Shown in pieces: positions 47,447-57,679 of a stretch of DNA of 64,000 nt; position 1 is the first letter of the stretch; each line of letters opens with the position of its first letter. The stretch comes from Candidatus Omnitrophota bacterium. GTDB taxonomy: Bacteria > Omnitrophota > Omnitrophia > Omnitrophales > JACROU01. The notes under the pieces are model-generated. The model saw only the letters and a program-made list of their open reading frames with translations. It was not told where the DNA came from and made no database searches. The position numbers and the translations under genes were made by a program. The DNA lies in assembly GCA_029261035.1 (NCBI GenBank), contig JAJDCD010000008.1:364480-428479 (forward strand). Reading direction: 5' to 3'.

Positions 47447-49741
47447 TTATCCCCAATTAACCTTCACACCCCACGTTGCCGTGAGAGGTCGTCCGGGACG
47501 AGGACCATGCGGATGCCGCGAGACAATGTATTCTTGGTCGGTAATATTATAAACATTCATTGTCAGTGTTGCCCAATCCGTGAGAGCGTACTCCGCCGCA
47601 AAATCAAAAACCAAATAGCTGTCTGTTTGTCCAAAACGTGCATCCCGCACTCCTGTGGTAGGATTGATTTGATCCGTCGTATTGCTGGCTGAAGTAAACG
47701 TTTGAGGGACAAAATTCCCATTTACGTAGACTCCGAATTTGCCGTATTCAAACCCTGTTCCGAAAGAAAGCAGATACTCTGGCACATAAGGGACTTCATT
47801 GCCTTCTCTTGCCCCTGAGAAAATGGATTCCTGATCTGCCGATGCGGATGAAGAATCAAACTTCGCATTCGTATAAGTAAACGAAAGATAACTCGGAAGA
47901 TTAAAAGGTTTATCCATATGCTTTGCCGGATCATATTCGAGTAAAAACTCAATACCTTGAGAATTCACCTCACCGGCATTGACACTCATTCCGCTCCCGG
48001 CGCCGCCTATGCTGTCATCAACCAGCAAATCATCAAAATCCGTGTAAAACCAGACGATTTCAGAATGGAGTGCGCGTTCAGCATCATTCAGCCTTAATCC
48101 GACTTCGTAGGCATCGCTTGTCTCTTCCCGCAAGTTAGAAGCTCCTGTCGCAGCACTCGGACTCGGTACAGAAAAACCCCTATGCCAGCCAGCAAAACCA
48201 GAAACTTTATCTGTCAGACGGTAGTTGGCTGAAACTCCCGGAGCTAAGATGTCATAATTAACTTTTCCGGTGGCTCCCGTGGCTTTATTTTTGAACTCGG
48301 GCTGAATCCATTCCCAACGCAGGCCTCCAGCAAGGGTCAGCCGATCCCACGTCATTTGATCATTAATATAGAAAGCATGAGCTTCGGTGTGTTGCCGGTT
48401 AAAGCCACCGGACCCGGGTGCTCCAAGGGCTTCATCTATGATTCGGCCCTCTCCATCCTGCGTGTAAGTAATATCCCGCTGGTAACGCTCTACGCGGTCT
48501 TGATGATAGCGGTATCCAAAATCCATGCTGTGTTCTGTATCCATAATATCAAACTTAAAATTCAGAACATTATCAAGACCGGCACCGTAGTAGTAGCGCC
48601 GATTCTCACGAAAACGAAAACTCCCGGCTGCATCTCCTTTTAAAACCGCTAGGTGTGTTGGCGACTCTAACGCTTCGGAAATACTTAGTCGGTCTCCGGT
48701 CCCAGGAATTGAAGCGGCATCAATGCGGTCATTGACCTTCCTCCAATTACGATAAAAATAGTTGAAGTAACCGGTTGAAGTAATGTTCAATCTATCGGGA
48801 ATCAACTCCGCATAGTAGCGCAGGTAGGAACGAACCTGATTGGATTCAATGCCATCAAAACGGGAAGCGGCATAGCGGCGGTAAGGATTGTTCCGGAAAT
48901 CCTCCGTATTAAGCCCAATATATGTTTCATTAGCATCTCTGTAAGAGTTTCCTACTTTTAATTCAAGGCGCTGGTACATGTCCGTATCAGGCTCAAAAAA
49001 GAATTTCAACATAGTATCGTAAAGTTCATATCCTGTTGCATCCGGGTCTTTGATACCGGGTTTTTCATCGATGAACTTGAATCCATCCTGAAAACGCTGG
49101 TAGGATTCAGCAAGCCAGCCAAATTTTCCGATACCTGTTTCAACAGTATCTCCCACATAAATATGGGACCGCACTTCCGCGTCTTCACGAAAATCTGTAC
49201 CGCTCGTAAGATTGACATACGCTTTCAAATCATCAGGGATGGGTGTCGAGAGATAATTAATGACCCCTCCCGTTGTATGCGGGCCATATTTGATCTGGCT
49301 CGACCCTTTCAGCACCTCGATACCACTCATACGTCCCGTGGTAGGAGAATAATAAGCCGAAGGATCAGAATAAGGTGCCGGAGCCGTCAGTACCCCATCT
49401 TCCATAATTGTGACCTTACCGCTACGTCCGGGATCAACACCTCTCAAACTGATGTTAGGAAATAAACCGTATCCATCCTCTTCCCGCACATAAACTCCGG
49501 GAACTTTGCGCACAACCCGATTGATATCATCGTAATTAAATTGATGGATATCTTCGGAATCCAGGTAAGCACCCGATCCACCCAAATTCACCACATTTTC
49601 CTTGGCACCAATCACCGTGACTCCTTGGTAACTTTTTTTTGATGTGTCTTTTTCATCTACTGCTGTTTCCTCGGCCCGAAGACCGGGCACGCAAAGAATC
49701 ATCAACGACATCATCCCTACCCATACGCGAATCATTTTCAT
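47447..49741 (-). CDS. TonB-dependent receptor, FecA-like
   Basis: VPGVYVREEDGYGL.PNISLRG plug, IEVLKGS, YGP.TTGGVINY, beta-barrel C-terminus. Confidence 0.92.
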   Translation of the reverse strand: MKMIRVWVGMMSLMILCVPGLRAEETAVDEKDTSKKSYQGVTVIGAKENVVNLGGSGAYLDSEDIHQFNYDDINRVVRKVPGVYVREEDGYGLFPNISLRGVDPGRSGKVTIMEDGVLTAPAPYSDPSAYYSPTTGRMSGIEVLKGSSQIKYGPHTTGGVINYLSTPIPDDLKAYVNLTSGTDFREDAEVRSHIYVGDTVETGIGKFGWLAESYQRFQDGFKFIDEKPGIKDPDATGYELYDTMLKFFFEPDTDMYQRLELKVGNSYRDANETYIGLNTEDFRNNPYRRYAASRFDGIESNQVRSYLRYYAELIPDRLNITSTGYFNYFYRNWRKVNDRIDAASIPGTGDRLSISEALESPTHLAVLKGDAAGSFRFRENRRYYYGAGLDNVLNFKFDIMDTEHSMDFGYRYHQDRVERYQRDITYTQDGEGRIIDEALGAPGSGGFNRQHTEAHAFYINDQMTWDRLTLAGGLRWEWIQPEFKNKATGATGKVNYDILAPGVSANYRLTDKVSGFAGWHRGFSVPSPSAATGASNLREETSDAYEVGLRLNDAERALHSEIVWFYTDFDDLLVDDSIGGAGSGMSVNAGEVNSQGIEFLLEYDPAKHMDKPFNLPSYLSFTYTNAKFDSSSASADQESIFSGAREGNEVPYVPEYLLSFGTGFEYGKFGVYVNGNFVPQTFTSASNTTDQINPTTGVRDARFGQTDSYLVFDFAAEYALTDWATLTMNVYNITDQEYIVSRHPHGPRPGRPLTATWGVKVNWG

Positions 49742-49865
49742 TTTTCTGCTCCTTCGTGTCATCATTTGAAGAATCCGGCCGCCCAAGGGAGGAAGGACGA
49801 CCGGATTCATTCATAATATTCGCTGGGTACGAGATGAAGGATTTCATCTTTGCCTGGCTACAGTC

Positions 49866-50096
49866 TTATTTATTTAAAATCAATTTGCCTGCTTTTGTAA
49901 TTTGCAAACGATAGTGTCGATCACTATGCCGGATATAAATTTCTCTTTCATCACCAAATAGATCATTTGAACAAAACACCCGGCAATTCTTGCTACCAGC
50001 ATTTTGTTCAGAACGACATTCAATCATGTTTTCAACTGAGAGGAGACCTTTGTCTTTTTTCATATCAAATCCATGTGAGGACGAGCTTCCGGTCAC
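49866..50096 (-). CDS. hemP: Hemin-uptake HemP/HmuP-like protein
   Basis: S.DLF...EI.I.H....YRLQITKAGKLILNK. Confidence 0.88.
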   Translation of the reverse strand: MTGSSSSHGFDMKKDKGLLSVENMIECRSEQNAGSKNCRVFCSNDLFGDEREIYIRHSDRHYRLQITKAGKLILNK

Positions 50097-50236
50097 TACG
50101 TGAACTCTTCCTTTAATTAAACTGTTTTTCTGCCGACATCAACCGGCGCATCGTCATAACCTGAAGACGTTGATGAAACCATCAAAAGGCAATCACCCTC
50201 CCAAATGAATTTTCTTCGGCGTCCGTCCATCACTCT

Positions 50237-50695
50237 TTAGGCTCCTTTTTGCCCACACTTGGGGCATTGCCCATAAAGGCGAAGCTCATGAAAACTGGAT
50301 TTAAAACGATACTGCTCGTAAATTTTGTCTTGCAGGACTTCTATTTCTTGGTTTTTGAATTCAATTATTTTTCCGCAGTCGAGACAGATCAGATGATCGT
50401 GATGCCCTTTAGCACTCAGTTTTTCAAAGTATTCCCTCTTCCCCGGTCCCACGGACTTCTGCACAACTCCGGCCTCAAGCAAAAGCGGGAGTGTTCGGTA
50501 TACCGTATCACGGGAAATACGTTCACCCCGCTTTTTGAATTTTTCATGGAGCTGGTCTGCATCAAAGTGACTTTCCGTACGCTGAACTTCCTCGTAAATC
50601 TTCCGGCGTTCATAGGTATATTTGAACCCTTTCTGGTCCAAATGCTTTTGAAACTCAATCATCGTGTTTGTGCTCACTTGGTACCACCTCATCAA
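50237..50695 (-). CDS. fur: Fur-family regulator
   Basis: HFDAD, TVYRTL, HHDHLICLDCGKIIEF, CPKC. Confidence 0.92.
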   Translation of the reverse strand: MMRWYQVSTNTMIEFQKHLDQKGFKYTYERRKIYEEVQRTESHFDADQLHEKFKKRGERISRDTVYRTLPLLLEAGVVQKSVGPGKREYFEKLSAKGHHDHLICLDCGKIIEFKNQEIEVLQDKIYEQYRFKSSFHELRLYGQCPKCGQKGA

Positions 50696-50761
50696 ATTCA
50701 GCTAGGCTTTGATTATCGGATAACGTCTTACTCAGATCTATAATGACTTAGATTGTATCCA

Positions 50762-50800
50762 ATTAAGACATAATCTTAATACATTTAACTCTCCTGTCAA
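50762..50800 (-). promoter_or_regulatory. Promoter with AT-rich palindrome (candidate Fur-family operator)
   Basis: ATTAAGA-CATAA-TCTTAAT (50762-80) over the -10 region; TTGACA at 50795-50800. Confidence 0.6.
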
Positions 50801-50849
50801 GCACTTTTTTACGCTGAATATACTAATAGAGTGAAAGAGGAAGGACTAT

Positions 50850-51050
50850 CTACAAGTCTGAGGTTTGTTTTGACGGACATTTAACCGTTCCATAAGAGCA
50901 AAACGCACAGCAATCACCCTTCTTGGGCTTTAATTGAACTTGGCAATTGAAGCAGGTGTAAAAATACTGGCAGGCATTCGTTGGCATCGTTTCTTCTTTT
51001 TCAAAACAACACTCCGGACATTTGATTATCGACTTTAATATTATGGGCAT
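50850..51050 (-). CDS. GDCCVxC-domain protein
   Basis: CPEC...MPTNACQYFY.C..C...LKPKKGDCCAFCSYG. Confidence 0.88.
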   Translation of the reverse strand: MPIILKSIIKCPECCFEKEETMPTNACQYFYTCFNCQVQLKPKKGDCCAFCSYGTVKCPSKQTSDL

Positions 51051-51409
51051 CGTTTACAATTCGCTTTAAGCCTCAAATTAATGACAGATGTTCCGATTAA
51101 TACAACTGCCCCGCTCATCATGAGAATTTGGTTCAACCAGATGTATCGTCCGACGTATATCGAAGCAGCACCTAAAATACCGGCTATCAAAATCCACCAC
51201 TTCTTGTGCTTCGTCGCAGACCAACCTAGACTGATAACGGCCAAGAGCAAAAGTAAAACAAGTACCGACTGAAGAAATTTAACGTTCAAGGCAAATCCGA
51301 GACCTACTGAAGCAAGAAACGCCCCTAGTGCAGGAATGCATAAGGGACAAATAATCGCAAGTACCGAAGAAAATACTGAGGCGAACGGAGCCGTCCATTT
51401 AGTTTTCAT
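51041..51409 (-). CDS. MerC/MerT-like metal transporter
   Basis: Four TMs, CPLCIPAL motif, terminal CxxC. Confidence 0.75.
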   Translation of the reverse strand: MKTKWTAPFASVFSSVLAIICPLCIPALGAFLASVGLGFALNVKFLQSVLVLLLLLAVISLGWSATKHKKWWILIAGILGAASIYVGRYIWLNQILMMSGAVVLIGTSVINLRLKANCKRCP

Positions 51410-51429
51410 AATTTCTCCTCTAATCGGCA

Positions 51430-51705
51430 CTAAGCCGCTTCTCCTATACCAGCTTTCACCAAGGATTCTCGGTCCAATTTTCCTCGTTTGCAGCATTCAG
51501 CGATCTTCCCATCTACCACGACCACCGGGACAGAAGTAATCCCATATGCTTTTGTCTTTTCGATGCACTCTTTCGACTCGCAAGGCTCGGAGATATCGTA
51601 AACCGTAACCTCACAGTTCGAACACGCAAGCTCCTTAACCAAGCTCACCGTTTCTTTGCAGAGATAACATCCACTTGTAAACACCTCAACTTTTCTTTTT
51701 CCCAT
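51430..51705 (-). CDS. Thioredoxin-fold (glutaredoxin-like) protein
   Basis: VEVFTSGCYLC...YGITSVPVVVVDG...CC. Confidence 0.85.
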   Translation of the reverse strand: MGKRKVEVFTSGCYLCKETVSLVKELACSNCEVTVYDISEPCESKECIEKTKAYGITSVPVVVVDGKIAECCKRGKLDRESLVKAGIGEAA

Positions 51706-52153
51706 GACGCTTTTCTCCTTTTTTTAACTTTGCATTTCTTTCAATTTGAGGACACACCGTAAAACGTTGCTTTTTAGCAACCTCCATCGGAATCCAGGAT
51801 TTCATGAGTGCCCGCAGACTTTTCTTCATAGCTTGAAGCTCTTTAATTTTTCCTTCCAGCTCATCAAGCTTTTTCGTTAGCACCTTGTTTACGTGCCCGC
51901 AACACTTCTCAAGTCCTCTTTCACTTTCTTGCATGATCCGCTTGATCTCGGCAAGAGACAGGCCAAAAGACTGAGCTTTCCGGATAAAGAGAATACAATC
52001 AATGGATTCCTGCGGATATTTACGAAATCCACCCTCTGAACGCAAAGGCCGCTTTAACAGACCCTCCTTTTCGTAATATCGAATTGTATCAATTGAAGCG
52101 CCTGCTTTTCTGGACACTTCCCCGATCTGTTTAAGCTCCATACTTTGAATCAT
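51686..52153 (-). CDS. MerR-family heavy-metal regulator
   Basis: IGEV...TIRYYEKEGLL...RSEGGFRKY, CC, VCPQI. Confidence 0.9.
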   Translation of the reverse strand: MIQSMELKQIGEVSRKAGASIDTIRYYEKEGLLKRPLRSEGGFRKYPQESIDCILFIRKAQSFGLSLAEIKRIMQESERGLEKCCGHVNKVLTKKLDELEGKIKELQAMKKSLRALMKSWIPMEVAKKQRFTVCPQIERNAKLKKGEKRHGKKKS

Positions 52154-52169
52154 TTTTACCTCCAATGAC

Positions 52170-52201
52170 ATAATACACTCTAGAGTATACTCCAGAGTCA
52201 A
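52170..52201 (-). promoter_or_regulatory. MerR-type promoter/operator
   Basis: TTGACT-20 bp-TATTAT with near-perfect IR ACTCTGGAGTATACTCTAGAGT. Confidence 0.85.
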
Positions 52202-52561
52202 GCCCGATTTCTCCTTCTAAGTGCTGAAATAGATAAGATCTTTCTATCTTTTTTATCGAGGGAGTCTCATTATCATCATTTTGTTATTGGGCGTAAGAGC
52301 AGCCTCCAGGTAAGAGCAATAGGCTTGAAGAGCTGAGGAATCTACGGACAAATATACAAAAAATTATTTTAGAGGTTCTCTATAGTGATATTTATTATTC
52401 GGCGTGAAGGTTGGCAGATGGTAAGAGCTTTAGTGAAAATCATTCGCCTTAATAAGGCAACGGTGCATAGTAGCCATTCATTGAAAATTATTATTAACAA
52501 TCCTTTTGACGTTTTAATTGGCAACTTTGAGATCAGTAAACGCCACCCGTTCTTCAACACC

Positions 52562-53353
52562 CTAATTTGAAGCGATCTTGTTCAAGTCTATACCTGCGAA
52601 CAGCAACACACACTGTGAGTTATTCGTAAGACGCGTCATGGTTTGAGTCGCAGATTCGCCATATAACTCAGCTAGTTCTGTTATTGTATGAACAACATCT
52701 CTCGGTTCTGAATTTCGAGAGCCTATTTTAGCAAATGGAGCATCTGTTTCTGTCAGTATTCGGTCTTTTGGAATACTCTGAACCAGAGCACGCCCGCGAT
52801 CATGTTTGAGCATCGCGGAGTTTACTGAAAAAAAGCAACCTGCATCAGCTGCGCGTCTTGCTTCTGAGAGCGATCCCGAAAACCAGTGCAGTATGCATAA
52901 CACTTTAGCGGGATCGCTACGCTCCTCTATCATAGCAATCACGTCACGTGCTGCGCGTCGACTATGAATAGTCAAAACTCGTCCGCCGTTCCTTTGCGAA
53001 GCTTCAAGTACACGGGAAAACGCTTTTTTCTGCATTTCATAACTAGCGCTGTGCTGAGGACTACCGTCTAACCCGACTTCGCCAACAAGACGGCAATCGC
53101 CAATTAACTGCTCAAGCATCACTATCTCCGCATGCCTTTTACCGACAAGCTCCGGGTGTAAACCAACCGCTGCATGTACATATGGACTAGCTTTCATCCA
53201 TGAATGATTCTGAGCCCAAGCTTTTGGCGTAGTCGTCACAGCAACAACAGCTATACGATCTCTTTCACATTGCTCTATAACAGCAACGGGATCGGCGTGC
53301 AAATCAACGTGACAATGAAAGTCAAAACCTACTATCCCCTTATTTGTGCTCAC
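52562..53353 (-). CDS. qatD: Qat anti-phage system TatD-family nuclease
   Basis: DFHCHVDL, VTTTPKAW, GLHPEL, GEVGLDGS, IHSRRA, LHWFSG, ETDAPF. Confidence 0.92.
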   Translation of the reverse strand: MSTNKGIVGFDFHCHVDLHADPVAVIEQCERDRIAVVAVTTTPKAWAQNHSWMKASPYVHAAVGLHPELVGKRHAEIVMLEQLIGDCRLVGEVGLDGSPQHSASYEMQKKAFSRVLEASQRNGGRVLTIHSRRAARDVIAMIEERSDPAKVLCILHWFSGSLSEARRAADAGCFFSVNSAMLKHDRGRALVQSIPKDRILTETDAPFAKIGSRNSEPRDVVHTITELAELYGESATQTMTRLTNNSQCVLLFAGIDLNKIASN

Positions 53354-54714
53354 GGTATTTGTATCACCACGTCATCAACAATTTTTGCAACCTCAGCAAT
53401 ACCTCTTCTAAAAACGGCAGAGTATTCCAATATCTCCTCCGGCGAATAATCATCAAATGAGCCAGTTTTATGAATCAAAATGTCTGACAGTGCAGGCTTC
53501 CGCGAAAGTCGATGGCTCATCATTTGAAATGCTCTCACGTCTGTTGCTTCTTTCTGTTTCGCATTAAGCGCTCGAACAGTCAAATCAGGTATGGAATAAT
53601 TTGTAGAATCCACCCCAAACGCTGCATGAATTGAAGCTCGACGAATCAAGCATGGCGTGCAGTAGCCGCAGTGCCCTGGCGGACGCCCTTTCCACCGACC
53701 TTTGGAAAAGGAGGAACAAGATATAGTGATGTCTGCATACTTTTTTAGAAAGGCCACATTTGTACACGCAGAAAGCATTTCACCTTTGGTTTTGAAGCGA
53801 TAGGGATTCAAAAGTTTCGCTCCTAGCCCCAAGTTATCCAAAAGTTTTTGCCAGAGAGCCATATAAAAAGGATGCGTTGTACGCGTGCTCCATGCACCAA
53901 GTCTCAGTGGATCAAGTGGTACGTTTAAAGAGATTAGACCATTCTCTGGGACATAAAGTGGTGTGATGCCGCCGTCCATCGAACTCGCAGCTAAAACCGC
54001 CAGCGCAAAGAATATGAAAGATCGTCCTCTCGTTGTTGTCTCCGTACCTAGGCCAGTCATGTCATTTTTATCAAAGCTCACATTGGCTCGGACATGGTGA
54101 GAGTAAAAATCCCCATATTCTTCCTCTAATTTGTCGGCACAAATAACCTGACTCTTAGTACTTACATCACGGTAATGGCTAACGAAAACGGTTTTCTTAC
54201 TAGCTGCAAGCAGGTCAATTGCTCCGACAAAGCTGTCGAGTCCCCCCGAAAAAAGACAGACGCTATCAAATGTAGTTTTCACAAGTTCTGGGGTTCTCTT
54301 GATCAGCGATTCCAGACCCTTCTGCCTGGGTCTAAAAAAAATCCGCCAGTGATCACCGGTCAGGAATTTCAACGTCCTCTCTATTAGTTTAACATTTGAG
54401 TCCCAGTCATCGGGTTTTGCAACTGGAATATACAGATCAATCTCGCGTGTCCAACTATCCTGAGAATCAGATACTCGTGAGATTTTGGTATCAGCAGCTG
54501 CGACTGTTGCTGCGAGAATAGCCAAATCAATCGCACTCTCCGGCGGGTACATCCCGCGCTGTGTGAGTTGGTCGAGCATCTGGCCAATGCCATGATTCAA
54601 GCGACGGTCATCATCGACAAAGTGAAGCACTGTAGTCAGTGAAGTTCTATCCTTCACTTTCACTTTTGTTTTGTCGGATGCATTAAGCCGCACCACGATG
54701 CTATGACGTTTCAT
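53350..54714 (-). CDS. qatC: Qat anti-phage system QueC-like protein
   Basis: AADT.ISR....DSWTR, LFSGGLDS, RGRSF, PENGLISLNVPL, STRTTHP, HCGYCTPCLIRR. Confidence 0.92.
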   Translation of the reverse strand: MKRHSIVVRLNASDKTKVKVKDRTSLTTVLHFVDDDRRLNHGIGQMLDQLTQRGMYPPESAIDLAILAATVAAADTKISRVSDSQDSWTREIDLYIPVAKPDDWDSNVKLIERTLKFLTGDHWRIFFRPRQKGLESLIKRTPELVKTTFDSVCLFSGGLDSFVGAIDLLAASKKTVFVSHYRDVSTKSQVICADKLEEEYGDFYSHHVRANVSFDKNDMTGLGTETTTRGRSFIFFALAVLAASSMDGGITPLYVPENGLISLNVPLDPLRLGAWSTRTTHPFYMALWQKLLDNLGLGAKLLNPYRFKTKGEMLSACTNVAFLKKYADITISCSSFSKGRWKGRPPGHCGYCTPCLIRRASIHAAFGVDSTNYSIPDLTVRALNAKQKEATDVRAFQMMSHRLSRKPALSDILIHKTGSFDDYSPEEILEYSAVFRRGIAEVAKIVDDVVIQIP

Positions 54715-55601
54715 CCTTCTCGATCTCCCAATTGCTGCAAAAGATCCCACGCTTCAAGGTAGGTCTTGTCAACGATCTCCCTGATGTCCTCATCGGACAT
54801 ATTGGATAGTTTTTCAAAATCACTCGTAAAAGAGTCACGCACAGTTCTTTGGATATAATCCCTAAACTGCCTATCGAATCCATCGATATCATCTAGTCCT
54901 TCGGAAAACCGGAATCCGTTTATACCGATTTCTTGATATAATCGTGACTCAATCGTATGCCCAAGAAAGCTAAGGAAAATCTCCTGGGTTGCTTCATGTG
55001 ATAATGCATCAAAATCATCAATGCCAAACTGATCCAACTCGGCAATCGTTTCCAGCCATGCGTCTCGTGCGATAGCTTCGTCGACTGATCCACCATCACG
55101 ACAAATAACCTCGGTAAAACCAATGAATACGTCTTGGATTTTTCGACCTGATAACTTTTGAAGGTTAAGACGTTGTAATGTCGCCTGTATGCCATCGCGT
55201 TGAATGCCTCGGAACACACCAAGTGCGTTACTCGCCGCTGAACGTGATGCACCCATGCGTCGTACTGCATTCCGGCTGCCGCCTGTCCCAGAACGAACAT
55301 AATCACGTACAGCTCTTCTAAGTGATCGCACATTACTGCCGCCAGAACCAACGAACCGTGAAAAATTAGTCCGCGCACCTCTAAAACGTTCTGCCTGGGG
55401 AGGAGGTATTGCGGGAAACTCTTTTCCATTATCTTCAGAGTCTGGTTGCGCGGCGGGGTTACCATTGCCTCCAATGTCATCTTGCTGCTGCATCACAAGG
55501 GCGTCACTACACGGCAACAAACCAAGAGGTTCATTCTCTAGCCATGTTGGTACGAGAGGCGTCCCTGAACTAGAACCTGATGAAGTTCCTGATGTACCCA
55601 T
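54711..55601 (-). CDS. qatB: Qat anti-phage system protein QatB
   Basis: MGTS...PLVPTW, RFRGARTNF, GGSVDEAIAR; between qatA and qatC. Confidence 0.88.
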   Translation of the reverse strand: MGTSGTSSGSSSGTPLVPTWLENEPLGLLPCSDALVMQQQDDIGGNGNPAAQPDSEDNGKEFPAIPPPQAERFRGARTNFSRFVGSGGSNVRSLRRAVRDYVRSGTGGSRNAVRRMGASRSAASNALGVFRGIQRDGIQATLQRLNLQKLSGRKIQDVFIGFTEVICRDGGSVDEAIARDAWLETIAELDQFGIDDFDALSHEATQEIFLSFLGHTIESRLYQEIGINGFRFSEGLDDIDGFDRQFRDYIQRTVRDSFTSDFEKLSNMSDEDIREIVDKTYLEAWDLLQQLGDREG

Positions 55602-55604
55602 ATA

Positions 55605-57542
55605 TTAATAAGCCCCTTGATCCAGTGCTTTAAGCGCTGCTGGTGCACCTTGTTTTAACAAGGAGTTATCCTCTTGAGTTTCCCATCCTCGTATCACCGA
55701 CTTCAATTCATCACGAGCCTTCGACTCCGTAATAGCCTCGTTCCAACCTTTCAATATCCAAAGCCCTACTTTTTTAGGATCAAGGCTGCCCAATAATTTC
55801 ACAACTTCGCTTTGAAATTGATGGTGATGTTTAGCCACTATGGTGAGACCGTTTATACCGGGCGGTGGGTTGTTAAGACTACTCACACTAAGAACTCGCT
55901 CTCGCAATACACTAAAAATGGTATTCGCATCACCTTCAATCAATGCTTTAACCTCCGATTCCGCCGTTCTAACTTCTAACTGCGACCCACAAAGTCTTTT
56001 AATTAATGCCTCCAAAGCTCCCGACCCGCTCTCTCCACTAAGCATACGCTTGTCGCGCACTACGAATACATATGGTCGCAAATCTTCATTTCCGAGCTCG
56101 GGCTTAATTTGGAGCCAACGTTTTAGCCAATCACGTTCAAGCCATTTATCAGCACCCGCTTGTTGAATTTCTTTCTCTGATGTCATCACTTTCTTATCTC
56201 TACTTTTCTTCTTTTCATCCGATTGAGCCCCCTTACCATAACCTTCTAAGTAGACGACATCTCTAGCCTTCCCGCTATCAGAAGTCATAGCTTGTGCGGC
56301 AACGCGCTCATAAAAATCAGGTTGGAAACGTTCAGCGAGCATAAGCTTAGCTAACACAGGCTGATTAATTAGCCCCTCAAACCCTCTCGCTTTCGCAATC
56401 ATTTGACGTACAATCAATGCGTTAAGAAAACGCTTTACCTGCCGCGGGTTTCCTTTCGTGCCCTCCGCAAGCATTGGGGCAATTTGTTGCGCCAAAACAA
56501 ATGCTAAATCCAAGCCTTCCTTCTTCGCATTATCCACCTCTTGAACATCAGTTTGCGATAGGCTGGCTCCAAGCCAGGGTTTCTTCAAGCCCTCTTTCGC
56601 TTTCATCAGAAGCCTATTAAAACCATCATGATCTTCCCCAACTAGACTCTGTACCAACAAAAGAGTCACATAAGTGCGAGTTTCCTGAGCACCAAGCATC
56701 GGTATCGTGAACGGAATCTGGACAAGCTTTTCCAAATAATTTCGTGCATATGGTAAAGGCCCAGACGCAACTGGCAAATCTGGAAAATGCTGTCGTACTG
56801 CATATTCGATCATTGCCTCATCAGCAGCAATAATAAATGCTGTTTTGGGCACAAATAAAAATAACCGAATAGCTTCCAGTGTCTCAATTGCTGTTGTGGG
56901 AAGGCATCGATCGAGATCATCAATCAACACAACAAGTTGATCAACCTTTGCCTCCTGAAGCAACTCTTGAAAGTCTTTTCGAAACTCATGGATGGTATCC
57001 GGCAAATTCTCACCATCCTCAGACGGCTTTAGAAAGCCCGCTACTTCTTCGACACGCGCTGGGATCTCACTAGGATTGATACTTGCAGCATTTTGAGCCA
57101 GATCCTTCAGCGTACTGAGAGCAGTTCCAATTTGATCTGGAGAGGGTAAACCCGTGATAATATTAAAAGCCACGCCACTACCACGTTTGGCGACTTTCAG
57201 CCAATTCACGCGCTTAATCAGTTTATTGGCAAACTCTTTAACCTTACCTACCGTTGAACGCTGTCGACACAGCTCAGTAATCGTCGCTTCAATCAAAACA
57301 GTCTTCGCATCATCAAACCCTTCAAATGTCCAACCATTAAACCACAGCACGGCAACGTTTTTATCCGAGGACAAATCCTTCTCAATCATTTTGAGAATAC
57401 TAGATTTGCCAGCTCCCCAATCACCATGGATACCAATCGTCAATGGACGACTACGATTATGTTTTAATGTTTCGATAATCGTTTGCGAAATAGCCTCACA
57501 ATTAAGAAAATCAACTTCTGTCTCGTTGTCTGGAATTAGCAT
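55605..57542 (-). CDS. qatA: Qat anti-phage system KAP-family NTPase
   Basis: DNETEVDFLN, GDWGAGKSS, FNGW.FEGFDDAK, IDDLDRCLP, YLEKLVQ, GNPRQVKRFLN. Confidence 0.92.
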   Translation of the reverse strand: MLIPDNETEVDFLNCEAISQTIIETLKHNRSRPLTIGIHGDWGAGKSSILKMIEKDLSSDKNVAVLWFNGWTFEGFDDAKTVLIEATITELCRQRSTVGKVKEFANKLIKRVNWLKVAKRGSGVAFNIITGLPSPDQIGTALSTLKDLAQNAASINPSEIPARVEEVAGFLKPSEDGENLPDTIHEFRKDFQELLQEAKVDQLVVLIDDLDRCLPTTAIETLEAIRLFLFVPKTAFIIAADEAMIEYAVRQHFPDLPVASGPLPYARNYLEKLVQIPFTIPMLGAQETRTYVTLLLVQSLVGEDHDGFNRLLMKAKEGLKKPWLGASLSQTDVQEVDNAKKEGLDLAFVLAQQIAPMLAEGTKGNPRQVKRFLNALIVRQMIAKARGFEGLINQPVLAKLMLAERFQPDFYERVAAQAMTSDSGKARDVVYLEGYGKGAQSDEKKKSRDKKVMTSEKEIQQAGADKWLERDWLKRWLQIKPELGNEDLRPYVFVVRDKRMLSGESGSGALEALIKRLCGSQLEVRTAESEVKALIEGDANTIFSVLRERVLSVSSLNNPPPGINGLTIVAKHHHQFQSEVVKLLGSLDPKKVGLWILKGWNEAITESKARDELKSVIRGWETQEDNSLLKQGAPAALKALDQGAY

Positions 57543-57679
57543 AGTGATCTCACTGCAAAAATAGTTCGTGTCATTAATTATTAGCCCAATTTATTTTCCT
57601 CATTATATACCACCCTCTAGTGTTCGGAAAATGATCATTTAAACAGGTTAGATTTATCGAGGTAAGAATCGTCCATCTT

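Noticed and set aside
50850-51050. Selenoprotein
   Set aside because: All motif positions are Cys codons; no in-frame TGA
52202-52570. ORFs 52369-52560 and 52385-52570
   Set aside because: Mutually overlapping, no recognisable motifs; likely a junction spacer between cargo blocks
14833-56166. Numerous + strand and nested ORFs in the track
   Set aside because: Antisense shadows of well-supported - strand genes, without motifs
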